Shown piece by piece: positions 15,101 to 28,329 of a stretch of DNA of 64,000 nucleotides (positions are counted from its first letter, which is position 1; every line of letters starts with the position of its first letter). A program made the position numbers and the translations under genes. The notes under the pieces were generated by a model. It did not search any database. It was not told the origin of the DNA and was given only the letters and a program-made list of their open reading frames with translations. The DNA comes from Chrysomallon squamiferum (Eukaryota; Animalia; Mollusca): NCBI GenBank assembly GCA_012295275.1, contig CM022672.1, positions 17,670,001 through 17,734,000 of the forward strand. The letters run 5' to 3'.

Positions 15101-16625
15101 AATGTTTTTATAATGAGATTTGAACTATAATTTTTTTTTTTTAAATCTTTGTATAATTCTAAAAATCAAATGTGTTTATGTATCTCTGATTAATAAACTA
15201 AAACAGATATTACAGAGTTACTCTTCCATACAACATTAAAAAGTGAAACAAAAAATAACTGTTCCCAAGCAGATATTTTATTGGGATATGATTTTTTAAA
15301 ATTAATTTTATTAAAACACATTGAAAGAAATACAAATACAAATACAAATTTTTAAATTTAAAAGTTAATAGGAATACATATATATACTGTGATTTTTGAC
15401 CATGTACAGAAACCAACAGAAAGAATGTTTATCAGTTATAATGAGATAAATGAGTAAAACTAAACATCATGAGACAGCATGAGAGAGAAAACGGGGAAAA
15501 AAAGAAAGACCTGTAATAAAAATATGGAAAGAATGCAAAGAAATAGAGTGTATCAGGAAGAGAATGAGATATTAAAATAATATGTAACCAAGACTTTATA
15601 ATAATAATAATAATAATAATAAATACAGTGTTTACCTTCCTCTTGTTGATGATTCCTTACTGTTTGGTCGAGATGGTGTACGGGATTCTCTCTGAGCTTC
15701 GATCAAAAGTTTTTCCAAGTTACCACTGTACACAGAATGCAGTGTTGCTGGATCTGTGAGCTGGGACTGGCTTGGACCTGAGTTTTGCAGTTCAACCCAA
15801 GATTCTGGAATTAAAAAACATACATTTATATTTATTAATATTAAAACTATAAAATATTTTATTTCAAGTTGTCTTCTCTTACTACAGCGATTTAAACTTA
15901 GATTATTATATCTAGCTGTTTAAAACAAATCTGATAATAAATAAAAATAAAAAAATAAAATAAATAATATAAATAAATAAAATGAAAACAAACAGGTGTT
16001 GAATATATTATTTGCCAGACCCACCTCATCTATTTTTAAAGATAAATTTTTGAAATTAAAAAAAATATATATAAAATTTTTAAAAATTACTGTTTTGCTT
16101 ATATCGTTATTAAACACAAAATTTTTTTACTGTTACTCCTAGTAATATAATTACTATTGCTTTTATATTTCTCATCCCGTATACTGAAACAATTTGTAAA
16201 AGATAAACCTGAACAACTGATAATCGGATATTTTAACAACGGAGAAGCCTTTGTCGTTCGTTATAAGCTTTACTGCTCTTTTATTTGCCGTCGTAATTAA
16301 TAATAATTCATACTGCGTTGTCCATTAAAACCATTTCTTTACTAAGTAGCAAATATTCATCAGCATCACATTTTTTCGCATACGTACAAGATATTTTGCT
16401 GTTATGTATTACAAAAATAATCACGTAAAGTAACCCGAATGAATTATGCTCTTATTTATCCAATCCAATATTCAGGAGGTCTGCTATTTTTAGCTTCTGT
16501 CAAACAGAGAGACTGCTGCAATTTCCGCCATTTCTAACAACACAATTATTTCATGAACATACATTTTCTCAGAATATCTTACCATTGAGTTCTTCACCCT
16601 GCTGTCGCCTCTCCGCAGAAGCCAT
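7630..16625 (-). CDS. BNIP3: BCL2/adenovirus E1B 19 kDa-interacting protein 3 (BNIP3/NIX family mitophagy receptor), ~184 aa, 6 coding exons
   Basis: GT-AG exons 16625-16583, 15804-15636, 13069-13009, 8835-8777, 8338-8180 and 7693-7630 join in frame (555 nt). Translation MASAERRQQGEELNESWVEL...NLEKLLIEAQRES...DWIWDWSSRPE...LLLTHAATFFLGAAVMFLFAKKYL. It shows the SWVEL LIR motif, the DWSSRPE conserved domain and a C-terminal TM anchor. Confidence 0.93.
8883..8972. repeat. (AAT)n microsatellite with a few AAC units
   Basis: Direct reading. It produces the spurious poly-Leu ORF 8717..8962. Confidence 0.95.
10055..10116. repeat. (CT)n microsatellite
   Basis: Direct reading, in BNIP3 intron 3. 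Confidence 0.95.
12077..12121. repeat. (CA)n microsatellite
   Basis: Direct reading, in BNIP3 intron 3. Confidence 0.95.
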
Positions 16626-17100
16626 TTCTGAAATCACGATGTCAACTACAGATGTTCTAATATTTTCAGCTTCCACACGTCACTTTGTTGATGTTTTGCT
16701 TTATTGACAATGACGTCAAGATTGTATACATCAGGTGCCCGTTCGCAGCGCCCCTTTTGGCTAAATAAGTTAAGGGAGATAAGTTACGCTGTTTAAATAT
16801 GTCACTTCGGAACTGTTCGGTCAGTCTCGGAAAACAATAACTCATTTCACGTCAATTGCCGGAATGATACGAATTATATTCCTGACGATTTACGTGTCAT
16901 ATTGCAGGTCCTCAAAGGTACATACGAACTAGTTGTGCTGTTTCAGAGTTTATCAGATCGTACGACTGACTATCCTAGTTATGTCATCTCATTTCCCACG
17001 ACTCATTTTTCAAATGACAGTGTTCTGCTAAATATACAAAACCTAATGCTATTTTAGAACGTACCCGAACTGGTTGCAACTGTGAATTTAATGGTAGAGG

Positions 17101-17196
<96 letters not shown>

Positions 17197-18851
17197 GAAA
17201 ATAAATAAATTATTTAGAATTTCAGACGAATGGTATATTATGGAGAAAAAATATAAAGTCGAATTTAAGACTGGAATATTTTGAATCAGGACTGCCCATG
17301 TTTTTATGTCCAACAATTATTCAAAATAATAATAATAAATAAATAAATAAATAAATATTTCCGTATGTTATTATTATTTATTTTTTTTAGAGTTTTCTTT
17401 GGTTTTATTTTTATTTTCTTTCTTTCTTTCTTTATTTATTTCGTTATTTATGTTGTTTTTATTTATTTGTTTTACAAAATTCGATTAACATTAACCTTCG
17501 TTAAAAGAAAACAAAAACCCAACAAAAATGATAAGTAGTTCCAACAATAAAGTTTAGTATCCCTATAAGGAGAGAAGAGAGAGAGAGAGAAAAAAAAAAA
17601 AAGGTAATAAAATAAGATAAGACATATTATTACTTTCTTTTCAAATTTAATGCTTTGTCTAAACTTTATTACTCAAATGCACTCGTAACCTGAAGTCACA
17701 TGCATAACGATCTGGTCGACGTGCGAGAGCGCACAATTTTACCGCATCGAACCATTATGACTTCCATTTGTAAATAGCGAAAATATTTTATTTGTACGAT
17801 GTTTGGACCGCAAATTTGGACACAAACCTTACGTGGAAAGAGACACATACGCAAAATACTTAATTTTTTTTAAATTATTATTTCGTAACCCGTTCTACAA
17901 TTTATCCTTTCAACTCAACGCGTTTAATATAATTATTTCCTTCTTTTTTATTTTTAAGAGAGAGAGACAGAGTACAGTTTATTGCGCGACTATAATTATG
18001 CAGGACGAAATCAGCAGACTTCTTCATTTTTTAATTACCAACCGATTTTAATTTCTGTCATTTTTAATTGAATTTTCTATTTACGTGCTAAATGACACTA
18101 GGCATAAAGAATATTGTCGTCTAGACAGACAACACATTTTATGACACGTAGGCTTACACATTTAAATTTATTCAGCATCGTTTGTACTATGCAAATATTC
18201 TAACGGTTGCTGTGATTCAGATCCAGTTTATTTTGTTTCTAGATTTATCTTAATGTTTATTTTATTTTATTTTTTTTATTTTTTTAAAAATTTTTTAATT
18301 TTTTTATTATTAATTTTTTTTTTTTGTTTTTTGTCGTATTTACTTTTATTTATTTATTATTAGAAATAAGTATAATAATGATAATAAAAACTTCCAAAAT
18401 CAGTAACAAAAACTTATCATTATTATACATGAGCAGCAATGCTCGGAATCGAGTGTGTGGTTTAATCAGCACATATTTACGTTAAAGACAAATCTTGACA
18501 TTTTATTTTGAACTAGTGTGCAGGTACGTGTAAAAACGTGTTCAGTGTCAGATATTGTTTATTAAACATTTTACGTCGTGCCGAAAGCAGAAGGCGATAA
18601 CGACTAGTTATATATAAACTCGAGGTTGAAAAATACGTCACGGTCTAACAAATGACACATACATGAATATAAATATTTATGTGATCAATTATTTTAATGT
18701 CCACGAGGACAGCGTGCTCTATTTTAAGAAAAAATAAAATATAATAAAATAAAAAAATAATTTCTGTCGTAATACGAGTCTAAGTGCACGACGTTGAATG
18801 CAAAGGCTTCTCTGATTATTCTACCCTTGACCCCCCCCCATATGCAACGTG
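16422..18851 (-). promoter_or_regulatory. BNIP3 promoter/upstream region: CpG-rich, with multiple HRE cores (ACGTG) and a CRE
   Basis: ACGTG/CACGT cores start at about 16422, 16676, 16848, 16891, 17718, 17830, 18082, 18145, 18525, 18535 and 18846. TGACGTCA is at 16711-16718. CpG is visibly more frequent than in flanking introns. Confidence 0.6.
17103..17194. repeat. (AAT)n(ATT)n head-to-head microsatellite (self-complementary)
   Basis: Direct reading. A similar (AAT)n/(ATT,ATC)n tract is at 18969-19107. Confidence 0.9.
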
Positions 18852-18967
18852 TCTGTTACAATTGACTCGCACTAGGTTATTTTCTTTTTACATTTTACAA
18901 ACAATTTATATTCAGATTCATTCATTCCATTACTCCCTTCCAAAATGCAGTTTATTAAAATGTTTTT

Positions 18968-19022
<55 letters not shown>

Positions 19023-19052
19023 CATTATCATCATTATCATCATTATCATTAT

Positions 19053-19109
<57 letters not shown>

Positions 19110-20334
19110 AAAGTCCTTATATTGAAGCAAATTTATTGAGGTCTTTTGGATTTGTTCCAGTTTCAATAAAGTTATGCAGTGATACACACAAACACTGCCA
19201 CAACTGCTTTCAGAAATTTTGTTTTTCCTTTTTCTTTTTTTCAATTTTTTTTTTTAATAACACTATCATTTATTTTAGCTCCGTATACTTAAGGCCACCA
19301 TTTCTAACTTTCTGATTATTTATCATTAATCATCATCATCATTATTATTATTATACAAATTCAATAACACATACATGTGATGTATATATACACAAACATG
19401 CACATGTACATATAAACTTCTGTTACATATCCTTAGGTGTCCATTAAAATTTGTTTTAATTTTAAATTAATTATTTATTCAGTTTTTTTTTTTTTTCCAC
19501 AAAATCTTCCTATCATTTTAACCCTTTCATTAATTTGAAGGTATTTAATTTCTGTAACATCCCACTACTTTTTTTTATTATGTCCAGACTTATTAAATAT
19601 TAACATTTAATGAAAATACAATGAAATTTTAATAAATTATATTTTATTACATTTCATTTTATATTATGCAAAATAAAAACAGCACAAACATCAATTTGAG
19701 TACAATTTAAGGAATTGATGATTTATTACAACATACATATAACTATTACCTTAGTATTAACATAAACAAAACAAAATGCTGCAAGTTATCTCCAGTGAAC
19801 TGATAACTAACTTGACATTAATTAATGACACTTTATATTATGTCAATCTTTCTAATACTTTCATTTGTTTTTATTCTTTAATATTAACAACAGAGTTTAA
19901 CTCTAAAAAGAAAAAGACATTGTTCTTTTATTATTATCACCAAAACAATATGAAACCTTTTACTGAATAAATATATTTCTATGCAGTCATTACAGTTGGT
20001 TTGGTTATCACAACTTTAAAACAATATAGAGTGAAATCCACAATGATTAAATGAATATAATGTTTCTGGCTATTTCATAGCTGCATGCAGACAATATATT
20101 TTTAAACAAATTGTTTTTGAAAAATGTAATTCGTGCTTTGACAATTCCAGTGGTAATCTCCAGGTATGTGTTTCAGTCATCTTCTTGCACAGTCTCAATA
20201 ATTTTCATGCTAAATATTTTTTTATTATTATTAATTTTTGTTTATATGATGCTCTGAATCACTGACTGAAAATTAAATAATTATTTTTTAAAAATAAATG
20301 TTCCCAATATATACACAATATTTATAAATTTTAT

Positions 20335-20565
20335 TTAAAGATGATCTGAAAAATGTCCGTAATTCTCAGATTTCTTTTTATTGTCTAATTCTTGCTGTTT
20401 CACAAGATCTTGAGCTTCTTTCTGCATTTTTTCCATCTTCTCTAATGTGACAGATTTAAGAGGCAGCAATTTAGGCTTGCACATAACAATTGTTGGCATG
20501 TCTTCTTGATACAACATCCCTTGTTTGGGTAAAACCTCATTTATTGCATTCTTCGTTTCTGGCAT
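20335..20565 (-). CDS. BBIP1: BBSome-interacting protein 1 (BBIP10), 76 aa, single coding exon
   Basis: [13 protein letters not shown]...[21 protein letters not shown] matches the BBIP1 signature (EVLPKQG...[20 protein letters not shown]). A probable 5'UTR intron runs from a donor near 21131 to an acceptor near 20626. Confidence 0.93.
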   Translation of the reverse strand: [76 protein letters not shown]

Positions 20566-22274
20566 GTTTATTTCTGTACCCAGATGTCTAGATAATTTTG
20601 GTAATTAGCAAGTATCACTGGCTTTCTGAAAAAGATGAAACATTTAATTTTTATAACAATACATGCATATTTGCTCAAAGAAATGACAGTATAATAATAA
20701 TGAGTATTTATATTTATTATTTAAATTATCGTTATCAATTTCTTTTGCAAGAAAATCAATACTATAGCAATCTATATAAAATCATATAATGAAACTATAT
20801 CCCAATTATCAGTTCGTTTAATAATTTAGTTTAGACTTTTATTGCTGTGGATATGGGTATATATGACAGTCTGATGATAATTATAATTAAATTATTAATC
20901 ATTAAATTAATGAATCATTTTAATGTTTTACAAAATAAAGAATACAACGGTAACACGGACTCAAGTATCAAAATTATGTGAACATGTATCCTTAATAGAT
21001 CATTTTCTATGCATGTTTCCTAAAAATACTCATATATTATAAAGTGATCTAGTTAATTCATAGCTTGACTCTTTTACGTACACCTGACTACTCAAAATAG
21101 TTACCAAAATGTTTCGTAACTGTTTACTTACTTGGTGTTACGCACATCCGTTGTTTCTTTGATATATTTCCACAATCGTAAAAAAGCTCCGTGTTACTAA
21201 TATAGTCGTTAAAATGTGTAATACACATTTTACCGACAAAGCTAGTTTTCTTACAGGCTTGAAACTGTTTATATTCTTAAGTCTGCATTTTTTAAATGTC
21301 TTATTCAGTCCTTTAATACTGCATCAGAAAGCAAACTGTGTCTCTCAAATGTTATTACCTCCCATTTGTGGACGACAACTAATAAAATTATAAGGTTATT
21401 TGGTTTTGGCTAGGTGTCGTTAAATATTTAATTGCTTCTAATACTTGAGATCGTATATATATTACTTATGTATTTCATCTACCTTATTACATTGTGTTAC
21501 TATTTTAATAAATAAAAGCCTTAGAAAATACTACCAAAGTGAGGTAACTGGGTAGTGTGTAGTAATATTAAAATAATCAGTGGATTAATCAGTCTCAAAA
21601 TATTAACAACATGGTCTAAGAGCGATAACTCCCTCAACAAACATACTGTATCTTTGCATGAAACATTTTATTATTATTGTTATTATTATTATTATTTCGT
21701 AACACACACAATTACTTTATCGTCTAACAGAGGTAACTCTGTTACGATAGTCAATATACTGAGAAGATTGAGTCGCCGTATTTACTTTCAAGGATATTAT
21801 AAAGGACAAAGATCTGAACACTAAACGTTTACTAACATGTCCAATATTTCAGCCGCAACAAACTGCATTAACAAACATAGTATCATAATTTTACTTTTAA
21901 AATAATAATGATAACATTTAATGTTCCATATCTTTATTAAATTAATCATCATAATGATACAATCAATGAATCATACAATGATACATCCTACACGATTTCG
22001 TTATTACCAGTAGCCGAGTAGGCGCTGAACATTATAAGCAGTACATACATTTCATAATTTATTCTACAGTTGATTTCATTATGATTAGAATAAATAATTA
22101 CAATTATGCTAACATAACTTATGCCATAAACTATTATTCCAAGAAGAACGTTTTCTGAAATATCTTACGACCGGACTCTGTGTTTATCGAGACAATCACT
22201 AATATTTCCGGTTACTGAATGGAGACGCTAGAAACATGGAATTAAAGTGTTCGTGAACTTTATTAAATTCTCCA

Positions 22275-24865
22275 ATGGCTATTCCTAAACGAAAACTTTT
22301 AAAGATAGTCAAAACGAGTGCTATTATCTTTACAATAGCAGCCGCTATCTTTGTTTTGCGTTCTTTTTATACGAAGACGCCCATTTTAGCAATTTTTAAG
22401 TCACGATTTCGTCTTGGAGATTTTTATTTCGACTATGGATCAGGTGTATTTACATTTGAAGATGAATCCGGCAACAAGTATTTATCAGTGAGAGTTCCAG
22501 AAGCAGTTCAGTTTCTACCAGATGCTAAATGTTCTTCCATTAGCGATGACAAAAATCTTTGTTTTCAGTGGATGCACAGAGGGAAATTAGAAGTAAAAGA
22601 AGGAGTGTATGAAGGTGTCAGATGTTACAACGTGGTATGGACACCTAAAAATGACGGTTTTATACCCAAAGATTGTATTCCTTTAAGCACTGCTTTTTGG
22701 TATGGAGGTGCTACACATTTCAATCATCAGTGGCCATTAAATAAAATTAAAATACCAATGCAGCCTTTCATTTCATCTCCAATTGCAAAAGCCATTGAAC
22801 TGGGACACGAAGTTTTTGGATCCGTTCTTGAACGGTTTTGGATCAGCTCAAACGGAGTTGGGATAGTTGTGGATAATCTGGTTCCTCTGCATGTTAGTGT
22901 TAATGAAACTGTTTCAAACTTGCTGTGTTTCAAAACTGATTATCAGGGGAGTGTTTTTCAGAATCCAGAAAATGCACCACCTGTTCTTAGGTATTCTATC
23001 TGTAAAGCTAAAAATGTTAAAGAAATTCACAGTTTCCTGTATAAAAAGGTTTTCTCAAAGCCTCTGTCACCACCAGATATGAAAATTGTAGAGAAGCCAT
23101 TGTGGTCAACAGGGGCACAGTTTGGAAGACAAGTATCACAGCGTAAAGTCCTGAAAATGACTGATAAAATAGTGAAAACAAAGTTTCCTAAAGGTACTAT
23201 TGAAATTGATGGTGACTATTACAAGAATATTGGTGACTTCAACTTCAATGACAGAAAATTTCCAAATGCTCACCAAATGTTGGGAGAGATAAAACAAACA
23301 GGATTTCAAATAAGCACACAAGTGACTCCTTTTGTTAAGCCTGACAAAAATATCTCATTATATGCAATAGGTGTCAAAAAAGGCTACTGGATTTTGGATG
23401 CTAATGGTAAAGAACCAGCAACAGTAACTTGGGCAGGAAATAAAACGGCCCTTCTTGATGTGACAGACAGTGATGCAGTGAAATGGTTTTTAGACAATCT
23501 TGATACAATAAAGAAAGAATACAGATTTGACAGCTACAAATTCAGCTTCGGGGAAGCTAGTTTCTTAGATTACAGCATGAACACTGACAGCATTCTGCAC
23601 AGCCCTTGCGATTATGCCACAAAATATGTAGAAATGGCCAGTTCTTTTGGAGACACTGTTGTTGTTAATGTTGGGCATCAGACACAAAAGTATTCTGTTT
23701 TTGTGGAATTAGGTGAAAAACACATGCACTGGGGCTATGATAATGGACTGAAATCAATAATCCCCACAATCCTGACACTTGGAATCTTGGGATATCCTTT
23801 CATTAAGCCAGGTCCTATTGGTGGATATGCACAAACGACTGGGAATTCTTCACATCAGCTGCCTGATCCCGAGTTATACATCCGATGGATGCAGTTGGCA
23901 ACCTATTTGCCTGTGATGGAATTTTCAGTTTTTCCATGGGATATCAATAATGATGTTTTAATGTTTGCACATCAACAGGTACAGCTGCATACCAACAAGT
24001 TTGCTGCCATCATTAAAGCTGCCGCCAAGGAATCACATTTGTCTGGTAATTGTTTTAATTCAATGGACACTATTAGCCTATGTTATCAGCTGGCATTTGA
24101 TAGCTACAGTGTATTTTTGATTAATACACTATCACAAATGACCCACGTAATTCTTATAAGGCATCATTAAACAGTTGAAGAATATCTTTGCTTAACCCAT
24201 TGACCAGTAATAATGCATCTACTTGCTATGAGTTGTACTTGTCATTTAAATAGTTGAGTAGCTTTGGTTTTTATGAACAAATCATCTACACAGATATTTT
24301 ATAAACTTTCAGGTTGTTGCTAATTATATCATACCTGACTAATTCAAAGAAAAAGTAAAAAGCAATAATGTTTTAACAAGATCATGAAGATGGATGGACG
24401 ATAACAATCTGAAGTAACCATAGCCAAAACATTTAAACAAAAATAAAGAAATAAAATGTATGTGTGTGTGTATATATATATATATATATGTATGTATGTG
24501 TGTACAGCAAATCTCTTTATTCTGGTTTAAATATTTTTTATTTCATTTTAATTTTCTAATTTTTTATTTTTTATTAATTTTTTTTTTTTAAAGGTGCTCC
24601 AATCATTCGTCCATTATGGTGGATTGCACCTGATGATAAAGATGCTCAGACGGTTGACAATGAGTTTCTTCTTGGTGATGATATTCTTGTTGCTCCTGTT
24701 TTAGACAGTAAGGCTCGACAAAGAGATGTCTACTTGCCACCAGGCAGCAGATGGAAGGATAATCTGAGACAAGATAAGCTGTACGAAGGTGGTCAGTGGC
24801 TAAAGAATTACAAAGTGGAATTGTACGAAATCGCCACATTCCTCTTAATCAAATCTCCACTGTGA
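22275..24865 (+). CDS. MYORG/KIAA1161-like glycoside hydrolase family 31, type II membrane protein, ~680 aa, 2 exons; probably catalytically degenerate
   Basis: Exon 22275-24045 (G|gtaat) joins exon 24594-24865 (aag|GT GCT CCA) in frame. Features: N-terminal TM anchor, WYGG, GSVLERFWISSNG, WGYDNGLKSIIPTILTLGILGYPFI, PDPELYIRWMQL, PIIRPLWW and EFLLGDDILVAPV motifs of the MYORG subfamily. Confidence 0.9.
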
Positions 24866-27030
24866 TATAAGTATGTGATAACAGTTATTCAAGAAAGACT
24901 TTTCATGAAGGCATTGTTTTTAAATACAGACTTGGTTTGGTTTGTGTGTGTGTGTGTGTGTGTTTGTGTGTGTGAAATACCTGATATAATTATTTGGTGC
25001 AAATTTTCATTAATTAGTGTCAAACATATTGTGGAGAGCTTGTCCCTATCCACTATTATTTTAATTCCATAATAGTTATTAAAATTAAATTTTATAGAAG
25101 TTTTTTTTTACTGGTGTGCATGTTTTCATTAAACAGTATGAATCTCTTTGAGGAGAGGCTGTGTGCTGTAAGAACAAATCAACATTTTTCTTTTGTTTTG
25201 TGAATCATGAATCTGTGTGTAGTAAAGTTCATGAGAGTGTTTCAGCTTCCAGTTGCTTTAAATCAATATACATGTATATGCTGTTATATATGTTTATATA
25301 TAAGTATGTTCTAAAATATGTTTTTTGTATATCAGTAATGAGTATTTATAATCAAACATATTTATCCTAATTGTACATTCCTGAACATTTCTGAAAGAGC
25401 TAGCTAAATGCTCAAACACTGTCATGTGTTCCTACATGTCTGGTTTTTTTTTTTTCTTTTAATTATTATTTAATGGCCAAATTACATTTGTATTCTTACA
25501 TATTACTGAGATTTATAATTGCATATAGTTGTGTGTGTGTGTATGTATGTATGTGTTTGAGAGTGTTTGTATGCATACTAAAAACGTGTTTTTACTTACT
25601 GTAAGATATTAGTAAAAATTTATTGCAAAAATTAATGTTAATAAAAATTGTTTATATAAATTAAAAATATATGGGCATTTAAATTTTTTTTAATCAAATC
25701 ATTACTTTTTACAAGGTTGAATAATCTAAATTATAATCAAATGTTTGAGCCGTTTTTTGGTGGATTTTTTTTTTTACTATAAATTCAATATAAAATACAT
25801 TTCTCTCTTTCTCTCTCTGTCTCACACACACTTTAAAAATATTGATCATGCATATTGTTTGAATAGTTTCAAATTTACTTTTTTAAAAATATTTAATTAT
25901 ACTTGATAAAATATATCTTTTTCGAAAAAGACTTTGTTTTTCTTCAGTAGACATTACTCATGATGTCGGAACATATGAATGTCATGAACGAGATGAATAC
26001 TTAAACATACATTAAAAAGACAAAAATATCTCTTAAAAATTCTTTCATTAAAGGTGAAAATATATATGTTTTTTTTTTTTTTTCATTTCTAGATGCTTTC
26101 ATTGAAATAATATCAAATGAAATAATTTGAAAAACAAAATTTTTGCCTTTCATAGAAAATAACAACACAAAGCTCATGAGTAAGTTCTTTTAATATTAAA
26201 TGTTCTTTCAAACAGTCATTATTACATTATATTTTAAAACTTGTGTGGTAGTAGGAATGTTAAGAAAAGAAGGCAAATAAAAAAAAAAAAAAAAAAAATA
26301 AGTTTGTGCCTAGGAAACGAAATACAGGCTAAGTCTGAACACATGAATTTCACACCAAAAAATATGAAAATCATCAATGGATTGTATAAATGGCAGACAG
26401 TCTTGAAATAACAAAAACTATTGTGGAGCAAAAAAAAAAAAAATTAAATAAAGGAATCTTAGATTCATGGGGCAGGGGGAAAAAATGTAAGAAGGAAATC
26501 AGTGCTATGAGATTTTGCCAGCAAAAATAAATAAACACAAAATAAAGTTATTTCAAATTTCACATGAGACAGAGAAACTTAAATTCATTTATCACAGAAC
26601 TGCTATGTATAAACAAATCTATCGAGTTTGTTGTAAATAGAATAAAACAAAGCCACCAACATATATATAAAAATAACTAAATTTATGCCATAAATTTTAT
26701 ACTAACAATATGTACAGTGTTAAAATAAAGAAGAAATAATACTCACATTAGTAATACTGATCAACAATGAGCTATATTTTTATATCGAGACAACTTCATA
26801 ATCCTTTTTTTTTTTTTTCAAACCCAATTATATCCTAAATACAATACTTATAAGTAAACATTCTGAGAATATCTACCTTATTCAGTTCTAAATTCACACA
26901 GTAAATGAGTTTATTAAATATAAATTACTAATATTTTAAATAAAAACTGGGATGTTTAGTCTGGCTGTTATATTTCCATTATGGATTAATGGGTTGTTAA
27001 ATCTTTTATTTTTTTTAATTCATTCTATTA

Positions 27031-27076
<46 letters not shown>

Positions 27077-27581
27077 CATCATCGTGAAGTGTATTTTCAG
27101 AAACTTAGGTGTGATAAATTTGATATCATAAGTTTTATCTATCACTTATTGTTCATCAAAAAGTTGAAATATATGGGCTTGAATTTGTCAGTTAAACAAC
27201 AACAACAACAAAATAATATATATCTACAGAGTGAATCATGCCATATCCTGGCTTTTAAATACGGGATAATCTGGAAAACTTTGCAAATAAATCAATGTCA
27301 TTTCAATGAATTCAGTTTGTACCTTTTTAACAGAATAATGCATGCTTGTACCTGCACTACATACATACACTGAAATAAAGTGATGCAGAGACAGCTAGAA
27401 ATATTATTTTATTCCATGAGTTGTAAATATTTGTCAAACCAAGTGTCTTGCATCCATGTCCGCATTATGTCGTTTTGTCTTTTCAAAACAGCTACCTCAG
27501 TGGAATACAACAGACAAATGGAAACATTTACATGTGACAGAATGACATCAGTCAAATATTCCTAAAAGGCTTTCAGCAATT

Positions 27582-27880
27582 AAAAATAATGCTGATAGGG
27601 AAACCCTATAGACAAAAACTTATCCACTGTTATCTAAGTTAATTATCTTGAGCTACGCAGCTAAAATAATGCTGAAAGTAAAACAAAATAGAGAAAAACT
27701 TATCCATTTTTATAAAAATTAATTATCTTTAAATATGCAGCTAAAATAATGCTGAAAGTAAAACAAAACAGAGAAAAACTTATCCATTTATACAGATTAA
27801 ATTATCTTTCAGATTTACAGCTGAAAAAAAAGAAAAAAAATCCATTTTTATCCAGATAGTTTCAGGTTTATAGCTAAAAT
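27582..27880. repeat. Minisatellite, ~80-bp unit, ~3.5 copies
   Basis: Unit ctaaaataatgctgaaagtaaaacaaaa.agagaaaaacttatccatt...aattatcttt...gcag recurs at about 27581, 27661 and 27741, with a partial copy at 27821. Confidence 0.85.
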
Positions 27881-28329
27881 ATAGTTCTACAAAATAAACC
27901 AATTATACTGTTATACAGATTATTGTTTTGTAAATATTCTATAAAAATACTACTAAATAATAAGAAACATTTGTAAATATGGGACAAATATGATAACAAA
28001 CATCTGTAAATGCTGGACAAATCTGTGTATATCAAAATTACATACAGTAAAAAAAAAAATCACTTCCAATATCAGTAAAAGTGTATTATAGCAGTGATTT
28101 TCATGAATTAAAAACAATTTCTTGAGTTATGAATAAATAAAAAAAAAAAAAAAAAAAAGTTTTTCATCATGAGGGTACAAATCAGAGGTGCAACTTTCTG
28201 AAATTGAAGATGTTGGTCTTAGTTTCTTCAAAAAGGTAATTCCAATCAATTTAAGAATGACCCTGATTTGAAAACAACATTTCAGTTGTTTTAAACAGAT
28301 ACAAATACAAAGTGCTTCTTTACTTTGGG

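Noticed and set aside
8717-19244. Low-complexity ORFs in the track (poly-L, poly-I, poly-N, SL repeats; e.g. 8717..8962, 9894..10256, 16984..17316, 18784..19110, 18930..19244)
   Set aside because: They are translations of microsatellites with no coding signature.
24046-24170. C-terminal 41 aa of the 631-aa ORF
   Set aside because: Read-through into the intron. The true GH31 C-terminus is in exon 24594-24865.
27582-27880. 80-bp periodic repeat considered as CRISPR-like
   Set aside because: Whole units are repeated with no unique spacers, the context is eukaryotic, and there are no cas genes. It is an ordinary minisatellite.
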